Source: a virus
Lineage: Duplodnaviria; Heunggongvirae; Uroviricota; Caudoviricetes
Length of the DNA: 41,340 nt
IMG/VR virus record: IMGVR_UViG_2778261227_000005
Location: 1-41,340 of that record
Direction: 5' to 3' (one strand)
Shown here: positions 37,042 through 41,340 of the stretch, piece by piece
Numbering within the stretch: position 1 is the first letter of the stretch
How the letters are laid out: the number at the start of each line of letters is the position of its first letter
The notes under the pieces: generated by a model
What the model saw: only the letters and a program-made list of their open reading frames with translations
Told to the model about the DNA's origin: nothing
Databases searched by the model: none
Translations under genes and position numbers: made by a program

Positions 37042-38183
37042 ACAGTACTGCGCAAGCCACATCAGCGTTAACCGGCGTCAGCGATGTGCTGACGCCGGTA
37101 TTCACTCTGTGGTATCTGCAGAAAAACATCACCTCTGATATCGCGCCTTATGTCACCCGTGTGGTCTGGAGCGATAACATCAAAAATGAGTCCGATACCA
37201 TTGAGGTGGAGCTGGACGACACCGATGGCCGCTGGCTGGATAAGTGGTATCCGGGCAAGGGTGACACGCTGACGCTGAAAATGGGTTATCAGGGCGAGAA
37301 ACTGCTGTCCTGCGGTACATTCTCAATAGACGAGATCGAAGTGAGTTCGCCCGCGTCCGTTGTCGCTATCCGTGGGGTGGCCACCTCGGTTAACAGTGCT
37401 CTGCGGACTAAATCCAGCCGTGGTTTTGAGAACACCACGCTGGCAGCTGTTGCGGGGCGGATTGCCAGAAAGCACCGGCTGAAACTGGTGGGCAGCATTG
37501 AGTCCATCAGAATCGACCGGGTGACCCAGTATGCTGAAACCGACGTGGGTTTTCTGCGCCGGCTGGCCAGCGAGTATGGTTATGCAGTGAAAGTGGTCAG
37601 TGACCAGTTGATTTTTTCTCATCTGGCCACACTGCGCAGTCAGGAGCCGGTCAGGCAGTTAAAACCGCAGGATGTGGCCTGCTTTTCCCTGCGTGACACC
37701 ATCAACCGGGTCTATAAATCTGCAAAGGTAAAACACCAGAAAAGCAGCAGTAAAAAACTGATCGTCTACGAAGCTGATGGTGGTACCCGTGAAAGCGACA
37801 AAAAGCTCAAAGGCGGTAAGGTTACCAGCGCTGACTCACTTAAAGTTAACAGCCGCGTCAGCGACCCGGACAGTGCCCGGATTAAAGCGGATTCAGCACT
37901 GGCCAGACATAACGAATACCAGCAGAACGGCTCCCTGACGCTGACGGGAACGCCTCAACTGACAGCAGGCAACAAAATTGAACTGGTGGGCTTTGGACAG
38001 TTATCCGGTCCATGGCTGATAATCACTGCCCGCCATGCGTTTGAGCGTAACAGCGGCTACACCACAGAGCTGGAAGTGGCACGGGGGCCAGTCACAAGAG
38101 GGAAAAAACAAAAAACTCAGAAACTCACGGTTTATCACCCGGATGGCAGTACATCGACGGTGATTAAGGAGAAGAAAAAATGA
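37029..38183 (+). CDS. Baseplate hub / late control D-like tail protein
   Basis: 384 aa; position between the X-like and V-like genes, as in gpD / Mu P. Confidence 0.7.
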   Translation: MAEINSTAQATSALTGVSDVLTPVFTLWYLQKNITSDIAPYVTRVVWSDNIKNESDTIEVELDDTDGRWLDKWYPGKGDTLTLKMGYQGEKLLSCGTFSIDEIEVSSPASVVAIRGVATSVNSALRTKSSRGFENTTLAAVAGRIARKHRLKLVGSIESIRIDRVTQYAETDVGFLRRLASEYGYAVKVVSDQLIFSHLATLRSQEPVRQLKPQDVACFSLRDTINRVYKSAKVKHQKSSSKKLIVYEADGGTRESDKKLKGGKVTSADSLKVNSRVSDPDSARIKADSALARHNEYQQNGSLTLTGTPQLTAGNKIELVGFGQLSGPWLIITARHAFERNSGYTTELEVARGPVTRGKKQKTQKLTVYHPDGSTSTVIKEKKK

Positions 38184-38707
38184 CTGGTGTCACCCGTCAG
38201 GTCGGTACGGTCAGTGCCGTTGATGCCGACAAGGTTCAGGCCCGCGTTCGTCTGCCTGAATGCGATAATCTGCGCACAAACTGGCTTAACGTGCTGCAGC
38301 GCAATACCCAGGATAACAAGGATTACTGGCTCCCTGACGTGGGGGAGCAGGTTGAGGTGCTGCTCGATGCCAACGGCGAGGATGGTGTTATTCTGGGCGC
38401 GGTGTACTCAGACGTCGATAAACCGCCGTTCAGTGATAAAAACGTCCGGGGTACGAAATACGCTGATGGCGCGGAGTTCAGTTATAACCGCGCGACCCAT
38501 ACGCTGACGGTCAGAGGAGGTATTGAGCGTATCGTGGTGGAGGTTGCCGCTGATATCTCTCTCAAAGGGAAAAACATTGACCTCACGGGAGTTACCACAA
38601 TCAACGGTCCCGCGACACTCAATGGTGATCTGGAAATCAACGGAAGCGCCCATGCAACGGGTGACATATTTGCTGATGGTCAGAACTCTAATCACCACTC
38701 CCATTGA
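38180..38707 (+). CDS. Baseplate assembly protein V-like (central spike)
   Basis: 175 aa; GDLEINGSAHATGDIFADG C-terminal beta-helix-like repeat. Confidence 0.7.
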   Translation: MTGVTRQVGTVSAVDADKVQARVRLPECDNLRTNWLNVLQRNTQDNKDYWLPDVGEQVEVLLDANGEDGVILGAVYSDVDKPPFSDKNVRGTKYADGAEFSYNRATHTLTVRGGIERIVVEVAADISLKGKNIDLTGVTTINGPATLNGDLEINGSAHATGDIFADGQNSNHHSH

Positions 38708-38763
38708 ACCTTCTTAAACGCCTTTAATATCGGCGCTTACTTCCCGGGGGCAATACTGCCTCC

Positions 38764-39111
38764 ATGAAAACGACCTCAGTATTCTGGCAACCGGCTCTGC
38801 AGGCTCCCGGCGAAATTGTCCGGGGGCTGGATGATATCCGGCAGTCCATCCAGATCATCCTGCGGACTCCCCGGGGCAGCGACCCGCATCGCCCGGAGTT
38901 CGGCAGTAATCTGCACCTTTATATCGACTGGCCTGTCGACCGGGCCATTCCGCATGTGGTTCGCGAATCCGTCGATGCCATCAGGCGCTGGGAACCCCGC
39001 TGCCAGCTTATGTCGGTTAAACCCGCCGTCGACGGCGAACATCTTACGCTCCGGGTGAGCTGGAAAGGCTCAGACGGACAACCCCGTACTCAGGAACTGC
39101 TATGGCGCTGA
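38764..39111 (+). CDS. Baseplate wedge protein (gpW / gp25-like)
   Basis: 115 aa; RGSDPHRPEFGSNLHLYIDWP matches the GPW_gp25 signature as I recall it. Confidence 0.7.
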   Translation: MKTTSVFWQPALQAPGEIVRGLDDIRQSIQIILRTPRGSDPHRPEFGSNLHLYIDWPVDRAIPHVVRESVDAIRRWEPRCQLMSVKPAVDGEHLTLRVSWKGSDGQPRTQELLWR

Positions 39112-40205
39112 CAGAACCCGATTTTATTGAACGCGATGCCGATAAAATCACGGCAGAAATGATTGCGAAGTATGAAGAGGATACCGGAAAAACGCTGTAC
39201 CCGGCACAGGCTGAACGTCTGCTGATTGACCTGTGGGCCTATCGCGAAATGCTGGTCAGGGTGGCAGTACAGGAGGCGGCGAAGCAGAATCTGGTCGCTT
39301 TTTCCCGTGAGCCGATGATTGATTACCTCGGTGAACTGGTCGGTGTATACCGCCTTGCTGCGCAGCCTGCCACCAGCACACTTCAGTTCTCTGTGGATGA
39401 GGCACTGGCCATTGATGTGCTGATCCCGGCAGGCACCCGCGTCAGCGCTTCCGACAGTATTATTTTTGCCACCGATACAGATGTGGTGCTGAAGGCCGGA
39501 TTGCTGCTGGTCAATGTCACGGCCACCTGTACCGAGCCGGGTACCGCTGGCAACGGCTGGCAACCGGCGCAGGTCAGTCAGTTACTCGATGAGATTGATA
39601 ACATTGACCTGCTGGTGACCAATCTGACGGCCAGCTCTGGCGGTTCAGAGCAGGAAGACGATGACCGGCTCCGGGAGCGTATCAGGCTGGCCCCGGAGTC
39701 ATTCACCAATGCCGGAAGCCGTGGTGCATACCGTTTTCATGCTATGGGGGCGCATCCCGGCATTGTCGACGTTGCTGTTCTTTCTCCCGCTCCCGGCACT
39801 GTCGAGCTGTATCCGCTGCTCAGCACTGGTCTGCCGGACAGCAGTATCCTCACTCTGGTAGAGAGTTTCTGTTCTGACGAAAAAGTCAGACCACTCACTG
39901 ATACCGTGCGGGCTAAAACACCTGTTCAGGTGGATTACACCATTGAAGCCAGGATTACGATCTATCGTGATCAGGATGCAAGGTTGGTAAAGGACAACGC
40001 TAACAGCGCCATACAGAACTGGGTGGCATCCCGTACCGCCACGCTGGGGCGCGATATTGTTCCCAGCCAGATTATCAGCGTGTTGTCCGTTTCCGGGGTG
40101 TACCAGGTCGAACTGGTGACACCGGCACTGAGGGTGGTGGCAGAAAACGAATGGGCAAACTGTACGGCGATCACTCTTAACATGACCGGGGTGTCCGATG
40201 GCTGA
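39102..40205 (+). CDS. Baseplate J-like protein
   Basis: 367 aa; follows the gpW-like gene and precedes the gpI-like gene. Confidence 0.8.
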   Translation: MALTEPDFIERDADKITAEMIAKYEEDTGKTLYPAQAERLLIDLWAYREMLVRVAVQEAAKQNLVAFSREPMIDYLGELVGVYRLAAQPATSTLQFSVDEALAIDVLIPAGTRVSASDSIIFATDTDVVLKAGLLLVNVTATCTEPGTAGNGWQPAQVSQLLDEIDNIDLLVTNLTASSGGSEQEDDDRLRERIRLAPESFTNAGSRGAYRFHAMGAHPGIVDVAVLSPAPGTVELYPLLSTGLPDSSILTLVESFCSDEKVRPLTDTVRAKTPVQVDYTIEARITIYRDQDARLVKDNANSAIQNWVASRTATLGRDIVPSQIISVLSVSGVYQVELVTPALRVVAENEWANCTAITLNMTGVSDG

Positions 40206-40776
40206 GGTGCTACAACTCCCGCCACCGCTTGAGGGTGATATCAGTCTCAGAACGCTGGGAAGACTGGCCGGACGGCTGGATAACATCGACCTGAGCGTAC
40301 TGATGGTCGGTCTCGTCGATATTGTCGACAGTTCCGCGCTGCCATGGCTTGGCGAGCAGTTCTCGCTGTTCGGCGATGGCTGGGAACTGGCGGAATCGGA
40401 CGATGTACGCCGCATGCTTATCAAATCCGCTATCGAGCTACACCGCTATAAAGGAACACCGTGGTCAATCCGGGAAATTATCCGCCGTTTTGGCTTCGGC
40501 GAAGTGGATCTGATTGAAGGTACGGGGCAGATTGGCTATGACGGCAGACACACGTACAACGGGCTTTTCGTCCATGGTGATGCACAAGCCTGGGCAGTCT
40601 ATCGCGTCATCCTTCAACAACCCATCACTAACGATCAGGCGGCGCTGTTACGTCAGACGCTTGCTGCCTTTGCTCCGGCTCGCTGTCATCTGGCAAGTCT
40701 GGAATATCAGTCTGTCGCCATTCGATACAACAGTACTACCCGTTATGACGGTAGTTACAACCACGGGAGCAGTTAA
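40198..40776 (+). CDS. Tail protein I-like (DUF2313)
   Basis: 192 aa; ELHRYKGTPWSIREIIRRFGFG motif typical of P2 gpI / Mu gp48. Confidence 0.7.
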   Translation: MAEVLQLPPPLEGDISLRTLGRLAGRLDNIDLSVLMVGLVDIVDSSALPWLGEQFSLFGDGWELAESDDVRRMLIKSAIELHRYKGTPWSIREIIRRFGFGEVDLIEGTGQIGYDGRHTYNGLFVHGDAQAWAVYRVILQQPITNDQAALLRQTLAAFAPARCHLASLEYQSVAIRYNSTTRYDGSYNHGSS

Positions 40777-40778
40777 TT

Positions 40779-41340
40779 ATGGCAAATCTACCCGAAACCC
40801 CGCAGTGGGAAGACGGCATCTACCAGATTGAGGTCTCTGACCCCGTTCTGGGCGGACCTGACGGAATTTCTAACCGCCAGGCTAAACAACTGGCCAGCCG
40901 AACGTCATACCTCAAACAGAAGGTCGAAAAAAGCGGAACAGACCTGGCTGCACATATCGCGGCAGTTGACCCGCATACCCAGTACGCGACGAAAGCCAGT
41001 CCGACATTCACCGGCACACCAACAGCACCTACACCTGCAAATGGTGATAACAGCAAAAAGCTGGCGACGACGGAGTTTGTGGCCAAAGCACTTGCGGCAC
41101 TTGCAGGCTGCGCCCCTGAGACACTGGATACGCTTAAAGAGCTGGCTGACGCTCTCGGTAATGATCCAAACTTTGCGACTACGGTACTGAACAAGCTGGC
41201 GGAAAAGCTGGCTAAAGACCAGAACGGCGCAGATATTCCTGAGCCTGCGCTGTTTGTCAAAAACCTTGGTTTGGGGGAAGGCTCTGCACTACCTGTTGGT
41301 GTGCCTGTTCCATGGCCGTCAGCCACACCGCCAACAGGGT
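40779..41340 (+). CDS. Tail fibre protein, N-terminal part (truncated by window end)
   Basis: Open frame from ATG 40779 to the window end (absent from the ORF track because there is no stop); contains the conserved fibre motif TGTPTAPT...TTEFVAKALAALAG...LDTLKELADALGNDPNFATT, also present in lambda Stf as I recall it. Confidence 0.75.
   Translation, partial: MANLPETPQWEDGIYQIEVSDPVLGGPDGISNRQAKQLASRTSYLKQKVEKSGTDLAAHIAAVDPHTQYATKASPTFTGTPTAPTPANGDNSKKLATTEFVAKALAALAGCAPETLDTLKELADALGNDPNFATTVLNKLAEKLAKDQNGADIPEPALFVKNLGLGEGSALPVGVPVPWPSATPPTG

Overview
The window has two parts. (1) Positions 1-7349 are an AT-rich flank that looks like cargo of an old integrative island: a 917-aa protein with an Mrr-like nuclease N-terminus and a P-loop NTPase core, a divergently transcribed 1248-aa protein of unknown function, and the 3' remnant of a tyrosine integrase gene. 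(2) From about 7350 to the window end is a Mu-like transposable prophage whose early and late arms diverge (a BcepMu-type layout as I remember it, not the collinear Mu layout). The early arm runs leftward (ner, DDE transposase A, transposition ATPase B, gam, gemA, mor). A CI-like repressor runs rightward and is followed by an AT-rich accessory module: a 297-aa protein plus an overlapping 4-TM protein arranged like lambda cI-rexA-rexB, a Dam-type methyltransferase, and two small unknown genes. Lysis, head and contractile-tail genes then run rightward, ending in a tail-fibre gene cut by the window edge. The integrase remnant ends exactly where the prophage begins, so the phage appears to have transposed into the island's integrase gene. 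No rRNA, tRNA or CRISPR array was seen. All family assignments are from reading the translations and recalled motifs; no database search or computation was run.
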